Assembly: GCA_965208575.1 (NCBI GenBank)
Contig: CBDBOV010000003.1
Coordinates: forward strand, 320,001-384,000
Direction of reading: 5' to 3'
DNA: 64,000 nucleotides
From: Spirochaetia bacterium
GTDB lineage: Bacteria; Spirochaetota; Spirochaetia; SZUA-6; Bin103
Every line of letters starts with the position of its first letter. Position 1 is the stretch's first letter. The notes beneath the pieces were generated by a model that saw nothing but the letters and a program-made list of their open reading frames with translations, had not been told where the DNA came from and ran no database searches. Positions 9,797-21,100 of the stretch are shown one piece after another. The position numbers were made by a program, and so were the translations under genes.

Positions 9797-10657
9797 ATGA
9801 GGCTGGTGGTGTTCGGGGGTTCGGGCAGGATTGGGCGCCACGTGGTGGCGGAGTTGATCGCGCATGGGCACTCCGTGGTCAACGCCGACCGCTCGCCGCC
9901 GCCGCACGTGAGGTGGCTGTATGACCAGGCTGGTGCGGAGCTGTACGTGCACACGGACCTGTCGCGGTTGGGTGACGTGGTATCGGTGCTGCGCGGCGCC
10001 GATGGCCTGATTCAACTGGCGGCGATTCCCAACCCCACCGGCCATGTGGCCGGCGAGGTGTTCCACACCAACATGGTGACCGACTTCAACGTGCTGGAGG
10101 CAGCCGACCTGCTCGGCATACCGAAGCTGGTGATGTCGTCGTCGATCAACGCGCTCGGCGCCTCCTTCAATCGCACGGTGGTGGCGCCGCGCTACTTCCC
10201 GGTCGACGAGCAGCACGAGACGCGTTGCGAGGAGATCTACTCCACCACCAAGTGGCTGGGCGAGGAACTGGCCGCCGCCTACGCGCGGCGGCGCGAGGTG
10301 CAGATCGCCAGCCTGCGCTACACCTGGGTGATGGACGAGGCGATCCGGGAGCGGACGCGGGCCGGCGGCGATCCGCTGGCGCAGCAGGAGCGCGGCGCCA
10401 AGGGGTTGTGGTCGTGGATCGACATCCGCGACGTGGCGAGCGCCTGCCGGCTGGCGCTGGCGGCCTCCTGGCGCGGCCACGAGCGGTTCTGGATCAACGC
10501 CGCCGACACCACGCTGGACCTGCCCACCACCGAGGCGCTGGCCAGGTGGTACCCGGGCGTGCCGCTGAAGGCGCCGCTCGCTGGCCACGCCGCCGTGCTG
10601 AGCATCGCCAAGGCGCGCCGCCTGCTCGGCTGGCAGCCCGCCCACTCCTGGCACTGA
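9797..10657 (+). CDS. NAD-dependent epimerase/dehydratase
   Basis: VFGGSGRIG Rossmann motif; YSTTK catalytic motif. Confidence 0.9.
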   Translation: MRLVVFGGSGRIGRHVVAELIAHGHSVVNADRSPPPHVRWLYDQAGAELYVHTDLSRLGDVVSVLRGADGLIQLAAIPNPTGHVAGEVFHTNMVTDFNVLEAADLLGIPKLVMSSSINALGASFNRTVVAPRYFPVDEQHETRCEEIYSTTKWLGEELAAAYARRREVQIASLRYTWVMDEAIRERTRAGGDPLAQQERGAKGLWSWIDIRDVASACRLALAASWRGHERFWINAADTTLDLPTTEALARWYPGVPLKAPLAGHAAVLSIAKARRLLGWQPAHSWH

Positions 10658-10785
10658 CGCGCCGTTTCCGGTCGGCCCGCCGCGGCCGGGTGGCCGGCGC
10701 TGGCGACGCCGCTGATGGCGCCTGGTGAGCCGGCCCGCCGCGCGGGGGAAACGGGCGCCGCCGGGCGGGTGTCGCCGGCGGACCG

Positions 10786-11448
10786 CTACCCCGGCGGCCG
10801 GCTGTTTACCGCGGCCGGCGACCAGCCGGCGCCGCCGGGAGCCGGGGCCACGCGCGCCGTCCCGGCCGGGCGCGGCGCGGTGCGGCGTACCCGGGCGCGA
10901 GCGGCGTAGTAGCTGAGCAGAACGAAGGAGGCCGCCCCGAGTTGTCCGAGGCAGGTCTGCCAGGTGGGGTAGATGCCGAACCAGTTGCCCAGCCAGTAGG
11001 GCATGGCGAGGCCGACGATCGGGGTCACCGGCAGCCAGGCGACCGCCTGCATCACGTGCACGGTGCTGCCCACCAGGGTGATCAGCACGGCGCCGATCAG
11101 GACCCCGGTCACCACCAGCATCTTCTTGTGGGGCAGCTTCTTCTCCAAGTGCAGGGTGACCACGCCGACGGCCGCTACCGCGGCCGACCCGAGCAGCACG
11201 CCGGCCAGCACGGTGTCGGCGCCGGCGCGCAGGAACAGGGCCTGCAGGAACAGCGCCGTCTCGAACCCCTCGCGGTAGACGCTGACGAAGCCCAGCGTGG
11301 CGAAGCCGGCGAGCTGGCCGGCGGCGCCCGCCAGCAGGGTGCGCCTGCGACCGTGGAACTTGGCGATCCAGCCGCTCCAGTACACCTTGTGGAAGAACCA
11401 GTTGGTGATGAGCAGCAGTACCGCGATGGCCAGCAGGGACACGACTGC
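10786..11448 (-). pseudogene. FTR1/EfeU iron permease, C-terminal fragment lacking its 5' part
   Basis: NWFFHKVYW and YREGFE motifs; begins mid-domain with no RBS. Confidence 0.8.
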
Positions 11449-12377
11449 AGGCCGCGACCGCGACGCTGCGCGCCGTGGCCGGCGATTACAACGACGTGTT
11501 GGCGGCGCACGGCTTCGACTACCAGGCCGCGTGGAACGCGCAGGCAGAGGAGTTGCGTCTGCTGGTGGACGCCGGCAGGGATGCCTGGGTGGCCGCGAGC
11601 ACCGCGTACGAGCTGAGCGAGGGCATCATCGCCGGCGTGCCGTCCCTGGCCTACTACGACGTGTGGATCGACGCCGGCCCGTCCGGCGCGGAAGATCCCG
11701 CCGAGGCGCTGGACTGGACCCTCACCATCGAGGAAGGCAACGTGATGGAGAGCCCCGGCAACCTGTTCCATCACCTCACCGAGCCGGTGCTGTGGGGGAC
11801 CATGGACGACTGGAGCGGTGCGCGCGTCGACCTGGACCGCGACGGCGCCGTCGCCAAGGTCGGTGACTCGCTGCCGGAAGTGAAGATGTTCCTGGCGGTC
11901 GCCGGCGCCATCGACGACGCGGCCATCGAGATGGGGCAGGCGGTCGATGGTTGGGACCCCACCCTGAGCGACGTGTTCACCGCGCTGGTGGTAATGGTGC
12001 CGACCATGAACGAGTACTTCGGACAGTGGAAGGAGTCGCGCTACGTGGCCGGCGCCGCGTCGGGCGAAGCCAGCTTTGTCGCCGTGAGCCGCCTGTTCGA
12101 CATCAACGGCATCCTGACCGGCCTGGACGTTGCCTACCAGCACGTCACCGGCCTGGTGGCGGAGCAGGACGCCTCCCTCGATGCCCAGATCCGCGCCGGC
12201 TTCGAGCAGTTGCTCGGTTACGTCGGCGACCTGTACGACCAGGAACGCGCCGGGCGGCAGTTCACCGCGGCCGAGGCCGACCTGTTCGGGACCGAGGCGC
12301 AGGAGTTGGCCACCACCCTGTCGGCGCTGCTCGCGCGTGCCGCCAAGGTGCTCGAGATCACCCTGGACTTGGCGTAG
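11445..12377 (+). pseudogene. Imelysin/EfeO-like (peptidase M75) iron-binding protein lacking signal peptide and 5' end
   Basis: AWVAASTAYELSEGIIAGVP, PGNLFHHLTEPVLW, FTALVVMVPTMNEYF; abuts the FTR1 fragment. Confidence 0.7.
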
Positions 12378-12730
12378 CCGCATGGTCAGCGAAACGCACG
12401 AACCGGAAGCCGAGCACAGCGGCTGCCCATGCGCCAAGCCGGCGCCGAGCAGGCGGTGTGCCCGTGCGGGCGCATGGTAGCCGCGGACGCGGTGTCCGAC
12501 CGCGCCGCGACTGCCGCCAGCATGGAAGCTCCGCGCCCCGAACAGGGTGCCGCCCCGCCCGTGGCCGCCGCATCGCGCTAGCGCGGCAACCATATCGCAA
12601 GCCCGTGACGCACCCACGACATTCGTGGTGTGTCGCGGGTTCCATCGCGGACTCACGGGCGCCACGCGCGGCGCGGTCTCCTCGTCGGCGTCCAGCGCGC
12701 GTCAGAATGCGCGAATTGCGGGCCATGCAT

Positions 12731-15304
12731 CTATTGGTGCGGAGCCCTCGCCGCCCTGCCGGCCTGGGCGGCGACCAGCGCGGCGCAGGCGTAGGCGGCG
12801 ACGGCGACCAGGCCGAGCGCGGCGATTCCGTGGGCCACGGCGAGCAGCGTGCTGGCCACCGCGCCGACGACCGAGGCGCAGCCGTTGGCGGCCCAGGCGA
12901 GGGCGCGGGCCGGTGGGTCGGGGGCCAGCAGGCGCAGCCCGAGCGGGAACGCCACCCCGACCGCCGCGCCGAGCGGCGCCAGCAGCACGACGATCGCCGC
13001 CACGCGCACCACGCGCGTCAGCCCGAGCAGCCACGGCACGGCGAGCACCCCGGCGACCGCGCAGGCGAGCACCACGACGGCGGCCACGCATACTGCCAGC
13101 CAGGTGCGGTGCTGCGCGATCCGCTCGGATGCCAGTCCGCCGGCGGCGGACCACACCAGCAGGGCGCCGAGCACCACCTTGAAGCTGACCACCGGGTCGC
13201 CGAGAGCTACCGTGAGGCGCTGGATCAGCATCAGTTCCATCAGGATGAAGCCCAGCCCGATGGCCAGGAAGTAGCCGACCAGGGCGGCGCGCGGGACCGG
13301 CGCGGGGCGCCGGGCGGCGCGCAGCCAGGGCACCGCGAGCAGCACCAGGGCGAGCAGCAGCGCCTCGGCCAGCACCGCCAGGGCGACCACGTCGCCGGAC
13401 AGCAGCAGGCCGTACAGGCGCCCGCCGGTGGCGCGCTGAAAGTCGGCGAGCCGGCTCCAGCGCACGAAACGGTTGAAGAACGGCCGGTCGTCGGTGGGCG
13501 GACGCAGATCGATCAACCCGGCAGCCAGCGCGGCCGGTGTCGGAGTCCAACGCCGCGGCCCGCGCCGCGCTGCGCCGCCGGAGCGTTCGGAGTCCGCCGC
13601 TCCCGGGGGTGACCGCGCCGTCCCGGCGGCGGGCGAAGCTGCCTGCATGGTGTCCAGCACTTCAGCGACGGCGAGCGCATGGAACGGTTCCGCCAGCCGG
13701 TTGAAACGGTTGGTTTCCTGCGGGTCAAGATCGGGCGCGGCGACCAGGTCGAAGCCGTGCCGGGCGGCGAACGAGCGCAGGCGCGCGACCCGGTCCGGCG
13801 GCCACGGTCGCCGACTGACCAGCAGGGTGAAGGAATCCCAGTTGCGGATCATGGCCAGGTGGTCGCGCGGCGAACTGCGCGCCGCCGGCGGCAGCGCCTG
13901 CACGGCGACGGCCGCCAGCCGCGGCGCGTTGGAGGGCGGCAGCAGCAGGCGCCGCGACACCGACAGCACGCCGTCCGGCTCCAGCACGGCCAGGTAGTCG
14001 CGGAACGCCTGCACCGTCAGCAGCGGCTCCTGCGCATGGCTCTCGGTACCGGCCAGCGACGCTCCCCAGGCCTCGACCAGGACGACCCCGAAGCGCTGCC
14101 CGCGGCGCACCAGGCGGCGTACCAGGGCGCGCGGCTCATCCTCCACAACCTGCATCGCAGCGTTCGGCGGCCGCGGCAGATCCCGGAGGCGCCGAGCCAT
14201 GACGCGGCTCGGCTCCGCGACCACTACCCGGCCGCTCGCCGGCAGCGCGGCTGCCAGCAGCACCCCGCCACCCTCCTGCAGCACCAGCGCCGGCCGCGGC
14301 GCCGCGCCGAGGTGAAAGGCCGCGGCGGGATGGATCGCCGTCAGCCAGGCGCCCGCGTCCACGCCCCCGCCCGCGCCCCCGCCTTGCGCCTTCCCCCTTG
14401 GGACCGTGTCCTCTGCCACGAACAGCGCCGCGTCGCCGTCGCGAACCAGCGCACGCTGCGCCGGCACCACGATGCCCGCCCCGAGACTGAGGCCGGGAGC
14501 GAACCGGATGGTCGGGCCGGCCACTTCGTCGATGCGCCCGCGGATCGTGTCGTGCCGGGTGACCTGCCGGGTGTCGGGGAAGCGCAGCACGTGAGACAGG
14601 TACTTGTAGGGTCCGGGCCGTGGTTCCAGCGCCGGATGGGCCAGCACGATGCCGGCGCCGAGCACCGCCGCCGGCAGCGCCAGTACCGGCAGCAGCCGGC
14701 GCGCGCGCCGCGTTCCGCCGCCACCGGTGGCGGCGGCCGGTTCGGGCAGCAACGCGAGTGGCAGCAGCACCAGCGCCGGGATGACCAGCGCGGCGCGCAG
14801 CCCGGCCAGCGGCAGCAGCGCCAGCGGCAGCAACACTCCCGCCGCGGAGCCGGCCATGGCGGCGGCGTACACCGCTCCCGGGCGCTCGGTGCCGGCCGCG
14901 AAGGCGACCGCCGTGACCAGGCCGGCGAAGAAGAACGGCACCGCGCAGGCGAGGTAGCTGACCGCCAGGAACAGGAGCTGGAGCGGCTCGCTCGGGATGC
15001 GGAAGAAGTCGAGCGGCAGCAAGCGCAGTACCATGAACATCGCCACCGAACTGACCGCCATGGCGGTGGCCGAACGCTGCATGGTCCGTACCACGCCGCC
15101 GGACGTGGCCAGGCGGGTGTCCCGCCAGCGCCGCCCGCCCGCGGCCAGGTTGAGGTAGGCGCCGCTGGCCGAGAACCCGAGCAGCGCGACGCTGATCACC
15201 ATGAACGACAGGTGATGCCACTGGGTCAGCGCGAAGTAGCGCGCGAGCAGCGCTTCCAGCGCCAGCGCCGCCGCCGATACCGCGAATACCAGCGCCAGCG
15301 CCAT
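12731..15304 (-). CDS. Multi-TM spermidine-synthase-like (SAM-fold) membrane protein
   Basis: N-terminal FMVISVALLGFSASG; central degenerate MTase fold (LLTVQAFRDYLAVLEPDG); PPTDDRPFF; C-terminal AWAANGCASVVG. Confidence 0.8.
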   Translation of the reverse strand: MALALVFAVSAAALALEALLARYFALTQWHHLSFMVISVALLGFSASGAYLNLAAGGRRWRDTRLATSGGVVRTMQRSATAMAVSSVAMFMVLRLLPLDFFRIPSEPLQLLFLAVSYLACAVPFFFAGLVTAVAFAAGTERPGAVYAAAMAGSAAGVLLPLALLPLAGLRAALVIPALVLLPLALLPEPAAATGGGGTRRARRLLPVLALPAAVLGAGIVLAHPALEPRPGPYKYLSHVLRFPDTRQVTRHDTIRGRIDEVAGPTIRFAPGLSLGAGIVVPAQRALVRDGDAALFVAEDTVPRGKAQGGGAGGGVDAGAWLTAIHPAAAFHLGAAPRPALVLQEGGGVLLAAALPASGRVVVAEPSRVMARRLRDLPRPPNAAMQVVEDEPRALVRRLVRRGQRFGVVLVEAWGASLAGTESHAQEPLLTVQAFRDYLAVLEPDGVLSVSRRLLLPPSNAPRLAAVAVQALPPAARSSPRDHLAMIRNWDSFTLLVSRRPWPPDRVARLRSFAARHGFDLVAAPDLDPQETNRFNRLAEPFHALAVAEVLDTMQAASPAAGTARSPPGAADSERSGGAARRGPRRWTPTPAALAAGLIDLRPPTDDRPFFNRFVRWSRLADFQRATGGRLYGLLLSGDVVALAVLAEALLLALVLLAVPWLRAARRPAPVPRAALVGYFLAIGLGFILMELMLIQRLTVALGDPVVSFKVVLGALLVWSAAGGLASERIAQHRTWLAVCVAAVVVLACAVAGVLAVPWLLGLTRVVRVAAIVVLLAPLGAAVGVAFPLGLRLLAPDPPARALAWAANGCASVVGAVASTLLAVAHGIAALGLVAVAAYACAALVAAQAGRAARAPHQ

Positions 15305-15317
15305 GACGCCGCCTCAC

Positions 15318-16130
15318 TCAGCGCTGCAGAGCGTGGCCGGTCATCGGAACGAACAGGACCCCCAGGATCAGGTCGACCGTGTAGTCGGCGCCGCTGCCGC
15401 CGCTGCCGGTCTTGGTGACCAGCACCAGGTTCTGGTAGCTGAACGGATTGCCGAGCGGCAGAATCATCGTGCCGCCGGTGGCAAGCTGCTCCAGCAGGGG
15501 CGCGGGGATGTGGTCGATGGCGGCGGTGATCATGATGTGGTCGAACGGCGCGTGCTGCTCGACGCCGAAGTACCCGTCGCCTTCGAACGCGCGCACGTTG
15601 TCGTAGCCCAGCGCGGCCAGCCGTTCCTTCGACTGCGTGTGCAGCAGCGGCCGTATCTCGATGGTGAACACCTCGCCGGCCAGTTCCGCCAGCACCGCCG
15701 CCTGGTATCCGGAGCCGGTGCCCACCTCCAGCACGCGGTCGTCGGTCTCCAGCGCAAGCTGTTGCGTCATCAGGGCGACGATGTAGGGCTGCGAGATGGT
15801 CTGGCCGTCGTCGATCGGCAGCGCCGAATCGCGGTAGGCGCTGCCCTGCATCCGTTCCGGCACGAACAGGTGGCGCCGCACGCGGCCCATAACCTCCAGC
15901 ACCCGCGGATCGTCGATGTCGCGCGCCCGCAGTTGCCGTTCTACCATTGTTCGGCGGGCCCGGACGGTGGCTTCGTCCTCGTCGGCTGTGCGGTTCGCGT
16001 GTTCCTCGGCGCCCGCAGGCGACAGCAGCAGCAACAGCGCCGCGCCAGCGGCCAGACTGGCGCCGGCGCACGGCATGGCCGCGAGCGAGTGGGCCGGGCG
16101 GCGGGCCGCCGCGTGATTACCGAACAGCAT
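15318..16130 (-). CDS. pcm: Protein-L-isoaspartate O-methyltransferase
   Basis: GQTISQPYIVA, VLEVGTGSGYQAAVLAEL, APFDHIMITAA; start codon uncertain. Confidence 0.93.
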   Translation of the reverse strand: MLFGNHAAARRPAHSLAAMPCAGASLAAGAALLLLLSPAGAEEHANRTADEDEATVRARRTMVERQLRARDIDDPRVLEVMGRVRRHLFVPERMQGSAYRDSALPIDDGQTISQPYIVALMTQQLALETDDRVLEVGTGSGYQAAVLAELAGEVFTIEIRPLLHTQSKERLAALGYDNVRAFEGDGYFGVEQHAPFDHIMITAAIDHIPAPLLEQLATGGTMILPLGNPFSYQNLVLVTKTGSGGSGADYTVDLILGVLFVPMTGHALQR

Positions 16131-16187
16131 GGCATCAGCAACTATACCTCTCTCGGCCACGGCGCGCACGCTGCACTGAATCCGGCG

Positions 16188-17231
16188 CTAGCGAATCTTG
16201 ATCAGGGCGACGATGAACACCATGGTGATCATCGCCTGCAGCAGCGTGAAGCGGACCAGCACCTGGCTCGCCGACCAACCGGCGCGGTGGCGCAGGTGGT
16301 CGTGCAGCGGGAAGCGGACGTTGTGCAGGATGCTGATCTTGAAAAAGCGCAGCAGGGCGACTTTCAGCAGCCCGGTGCCGCCGTTCACCAGCAGTACCCC
16401 CGACACGATCAGCAGCATGAACGGATTGCCGCTCTTGATCACCAGGATGCCGAGCAGCAACCCGACCGCCCGCGAGCCGGCATCCCCCATCAGCAACTCG
16501 CTGGGATGTGCGTTGTACCACAGGTAGCCGAGCAGGCAGCCGAGCATGGCGAACGCGCTGATCGCCCAGGTGGCGCCGTCGGCGTAGTGGGGCAGCAGCA
16601 GGTAGGCGGCGACATCGTCGTGCCCGACCACGAAATAGAGGAGTCCTCCCAGGGTGATCAGCGCGATCACGGCCAGGCTGCCGGACAACCCGTCGACGCC
16701 GTCCGTACAGTTGGTGGCGTTGATGGCGACCCACAGCAGCACGGTGGCCACCGGAATGCAGATCCAGGGCGAAATCACCAACGGCGCGGTAACGAACGGC
16801 AGCCACACCTCGGTCGGGCCGGAGCCGCACAACACGACGGCGGTCAGCAGCGCCACCGCGAAGTCGATCGCGCCGAGCCAGTATTCCGACAGATCGGTGC
16901 GGTCGTCGAGCGATCCGGCGGCCATTGCCAGCGTCACCATGGCCAGAACGAGCAGGTGGTGGACATCCCACGGCACCGTGATCAGCGCCACCACCAGGTA
17001 GACGACCACGAATACGGCCCCGGCGCTGGTCGGCTTGCCGCGCGCCGCCTCGGTGTCCACGGCGAACTCCCGCCCGCGGTCGCGGGGCAGGCGCGACGCC
17101 ACCGCGGGCAGCAGCCGCCAGGTCACCAGGCCGGACAGGACGATTGCCGCGCCGGCCAGAAAGATGTGCGACGTGAACAGGCGAAATGGGCCGTAGAGGG
17201 GTTGCAGCACCTCGCCGAGGAGGAAGAGCAC
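16188..17231 (-). CDS. mraY: Phospho-N-acetylmuramoyl-pentapeptide transferase
   Basis: GKPTSAG, NATNCTDGVDGL, NAHPSELLMGDAGS, FPLHDHLRH. Confidence 0.92.
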   Translation of the reverse strand: MLFLLGEVLQPLYGPFRLFTSHIFLAGAAIVLSGLVTWRLLPAVASRLPRDRGREFAVDTEAARGKPTSAGAVFVVVYLVVALITVPWDVHHLLVLAMVTLAMAAGSLDDRTDLSEYWLGAIDFAVALLTAVVLCGSGPTEVWLPFVTAPLVISPWICIPVATVLLWVAINATNCTDGVDGLSGSLAVIALITLGGLLYFVVGHDDVAAYLLLPHYADGATWAISAFAMLGCLLGYLWYNAHPSELLMGDAGSRAVGLLLGILVIKSGNPFMLLIVSGVLLVNGGTGLLKVALLRFFKISILHNVRFPLHDHLRHRAGWSASQVLVRFTLLQAMITMVFIVALIKIR

Positions 17232-17279
17232 TCGCGCAAAGCGTAGCGCGCCGCTTGGGCCGCGGTCAAGGCGAGCAGC

Positions 17280-17500
17280 GCCATTGCCGGGCTAAACGGC
17301 CTCGGCAGCTCGCTGATCTACTCCGCGAGCAAGGCGGCGGTGATGAAACCTGACCCGCGGCATGGCGCACAGCCAGGCGCCGGAGGTGCAGGTCAACTGC
17401 GTGGTGCCGGGCCTGGTGGAGACGCGCTGGATCGCCACCGTGAGCGAGGAGCACGCCCGCCGGGTGGTGCAGCCGCAAGACGCGGTGTACGAGTTGTTCC
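17280..17500 (+). pseudogene. Short-chain dehydrogenase (SDR) fragment, frameshifted
   Basis: IAGLNGLGSSLIYSASKAAVM, frameshift at ~17347, then LTRGMAHSQAPEVQVNCVVPGLVETRW (YxxSK and VN.V.PG motifs). Confidence 0.75.
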
Positions 17501-18103
17501 CGCTCCGCGCCGTGCAGGTGATCGTACGATTTCGAGGGGCGCGCTCGGGCATGTCGGGATCCAGCTCGATTATACGCGCAACCGCGGGCCGGGCGAATGG
17601 GGCGATGCTGATCGGATGCCGCATGGCGGGTTTCAAGTTGTGCCGGGAGGCCTCGGCACGGGATTTCGGGACGCCGGAGGGTGCGAATGCAAAGGCGTGG
17701 TGGCGGTCGACGAAATCGGCACGCACCGGTCTCACCCCATCGCTCCGGTCGGCACGGCAGCAGATGGGGACGGGGCGGGCTGCCGCGGGCGCCGGTGTCG
17801 TGAGGGCCCCACGTACCGGGCGGGTCGGACAAATCGTTGCGGCGTGGGGTGGGTTCCTGCGTGCCGCAGTGGCCGGCGTTCGTCCTGCACAAAACTGCAG
17901 AAAATCGGGCGCAGGGGTTGACGCACTTTTCTGCTGCCGCTGAAGGCCCCTGGCGGGCCGTGAAGTCCGCCAATGGTGTGCGACCGTCAAGTGGCTGACC
18001 GCGTGCCCCTGGAGCCGCCAATTCGCGCCCCACGGGCGTTGCCGGTACCGGGTCGAGGACCTGCACGAAAGTGCTATCTACAGGCTAGTATTATATTTAA
18101 GGC

Positions 18104-21100
18104 ATGATAGACGTGACCGGCGGGACCGGCAGACGACCCTTCAGCTCACTCGGTGATCAGCAGCTCCTGGAGCAGACCAGGCGCCTGGCGGCCAACCAGC
18201 GCGGGCTCGAAGTGCACATCCTGGACCATCTCGACGAGATCGACCGTCGCGGGCTGGCGCTGCGGCGCGGGTTCTCGAGCCTGTTCGACTACGCGGTGCG
18301 GGAGTTGCGGTTCACCGATGCGGCGGCGCAGCGGCGTATTCAGACCATGAGGTTGTGCCGGCGGCATGGCTGGGTGCGGGCCATGCTGCACAGCGGCGAG
18401 CTGAGTGTGACGTCGGCGGCGCAGTTGGAGACCGCGTTTGGGGCGGCCGAGCGCCAGTGCCGGAGAGCGAGCGCGCCCGTCGATGAGGAGCGCTGCCAAG
18501 GTCTGCATGGGCTGCCTGCTGCGCCGAGCGCAGCGGGTGCCCAGGATGCCGAAGCGTCGGGAGCGGGGATGGCCGGTGCCGCGGCGATGACGGCATCGCC
18601 GCGGCCCGGCGTGGCCGCCGTCGACCAGGAGGCGGGGGCGCTCGGTGACGCCGGGGGCCGCGAGGACCCGTATAACGGGAACGACGGCTGCGGGCGACCG
18701 CCGGACGAGCCGGTGGCGGGGTCGCTCGGTGCCGCCGGAGGCCACGGGGACCGGCATGCGGTGAGCGACCGTTGTAGGCCATCGTCGGACGAGCCGGCGG
18801 CCGTCGGCGCCCGCCCGGCAGCGGCGGGTGCGCAGCCGGTGGGCCGATTGGATTCGAGTGCCGCCACCTCGGGCGCTGCGCCGGCTTCGACGGCCGCAAC
18901 GCTGCACGCGCCACCGCCTGCGGTGCCGGGGCGTGTACCGCGGCCCGGGATCGCGGGCAACGCGGCGGCGGCCACGCCGGTGGTGCCGGTGGCGAGCCAC
19001 GCGGCTGCGCAGCACCGCGGCGCCCGGCATGCCGATGCGCTGCCGGCGCGGCGGGTGTCGAGCGGAGCCGCCTGGCACTGTCCGGCACCGTTGCACGCTC
19101 CCGGTCCCGCCGTGGCCTCCTCGGACCAAGGCCCGGCCGCGCCAATTCCACCGCCGGCGAGTGGCGCCGAGCCGGTCCCGTTGCCGGTCGTGGCCCCATC
19201 GGAGCCGCGGCGCACCGCTGCGCTCGCACCGGCGCCGTTGCGGGGTGATCGGAACCCGGAACTTTGTTCCAACCCGGACCCGTGTGCCAGCCCGGAGCGG
19301 TCCGCCGGGCCGGTGTCGGCCGCCGCGCTGCTGCACCCGCGGCGCCAGCGCGAGCTGATCGAGCAGGCCGCCGGCATGAGCACGCGCCAGGTCGCCGGCC
19401 TGCTGGCCAGTGCCGCTCCGCAGGTGGCGCCGCCGCGCGACACGCTGCGTGCGGTGGCGCCGGACCGCTACACGTTGAAGGTGAGCATCGACCAGGAGTG
19501 CGAGCAGGGACTGCGCCAACTGAAGAACTGGCTGTCGCACGTCGACCCGCGCATGTCGTGGGGGGACCTGGTGGCGCGGCTGGTGCGCGAGGCGGTGGCG
19601 CGGCACGACCCGCGGGGCGGCGGTGGCAGGCGGGGGCGTACGGGCGGCGCGGCAGCATCGCCGCGGTGGGAGCGGATCCGCACACCCTCGATCGTGGCGG
19701 CGGACGCGGGCGCCGGCGAGCAGCCGCGGGCCGCGACGTCCCCCAACGCTGCCGGGGTGCGCGGCGTTGCGCCCGCCGCCCCTGCGGGCGGTGCGCGGGC
19801 AGTTGGCACCCGCGCAGGCGGCGCTGCTTCGGCCCCGCCCGCCGTTGCTGCGGCGCCGGAGGGTCAGAGCGCCGGCGGCGGCCCTGCCGGCGGCGCTGGT
19901 GCCACGCCGATCCGGCCGGCCGCGGCTGCGGCGCTGATGTTGGCCGGCGGCGGCTCCGCCGGCGGCGCTGGTGCCACGCCGATCCGGCCGGCCGCGACTG
20001 CGGCGCTGAAGTTGGTCGGCGGCGGCTCCGCTGACGGCACTGGTGCCACGCCGATCCGGCCGGCCGCGACTGCGGCGCCGAAGTTGGCCGGCGGCGGCTC
20101 CGCCGGCGGCGCTGGTGCCACGCCGATCCGGCCGGCCGCGACTGCGGCGCTGAAGTTGGTCGGCGGCGGCTCCGCTGACGGCACTGGTGCCACGCCGATC
20201 CGACGGGGCACGACTGCGGCGCCGAAGTTGGTCCGCGGCGGCCCCGCCGACGGCGCTGGTGCCACGCGGATCCGGCCGGCCGCGACTGTGGCGCCGATGT
20301 TGGCCGGTGGCGGCTCCGCTGACGGCACTGGTGCCACGCCGATCCGACGGGGCACGACTGCGGCGCCGAAGTTGGCCGGCGGCGACCCCGTCGATGGCGC
20401 TGATGCCACGCGGATCCGGCCGGCCGCGACTGTGGCGCCGATGTTGGCCGGCGGCGCCTCCGCTGACGGCACTGATGCCACGCCGATCCGGCAGGGCACG
20501 ACTGCGGCGCCGAAGTTGGCCGGCGGCGACCCCGTCGATGGCGCTGATGCCACGCGGATCCGGCCGGCCGCGACTGTGGCGCCGATGTTGGCCGGCGGCG
20601 CCTCCGCTGACGGCACTGATGCCACGCCGATCCGGCAGGGCACGACTGCGGCGCCGAAGTTGGTCCGCGGCGACCCCGTCGATGGCGCTGATGCCACGCG
20701 GATCCGGCCGGCTACCACTGCGGCGCCGAAGTTGGCCGGCGGCGGTTCCGCTGACGGCACTGATGCCATGCCGATCCGGCGGGGCACGACTGCGGCGCCG
20801 ATGTTGGCCGGCGGCGTGTGGTCTGCGCGTGGTGCGGGCGGCACGCCGGGGGGAGCGTCGCCGCGGTGCACCCGCGATGTTCCGCTCGGCCCGCGCCGGT
20901 CGCCGCCGCGGCGCTCCATTCCGGCGGCTGTCCGGCGTCACGTCTGGCTGCGCGACGGGGGGCGCTGCCGTTATCGGGATCCGCTCACCGGTCGCCGCTG
21001 CAATTCGTCCCACCTGCTACAGATCCACCACCTGCTGCCGGTTGCCGACGGGGGCGGCCCGGAGCCCGAGAACCTGGCTCTTGCGTGCCTGGCGCACCAC

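Noticed and set aside
12380-12730. Structured intergenic region (gcccgtga..tcacgggc) as a riboswitch
   Set aside because: Lies between convergent 3' ends with no recognisable aptamer consensus; GC-rich stems are expected by chance
19870-20815. 72-bp repeats as a CRISPR array
   Set aside because: Contiguous in-frame units with no unique spacers and no cas genes
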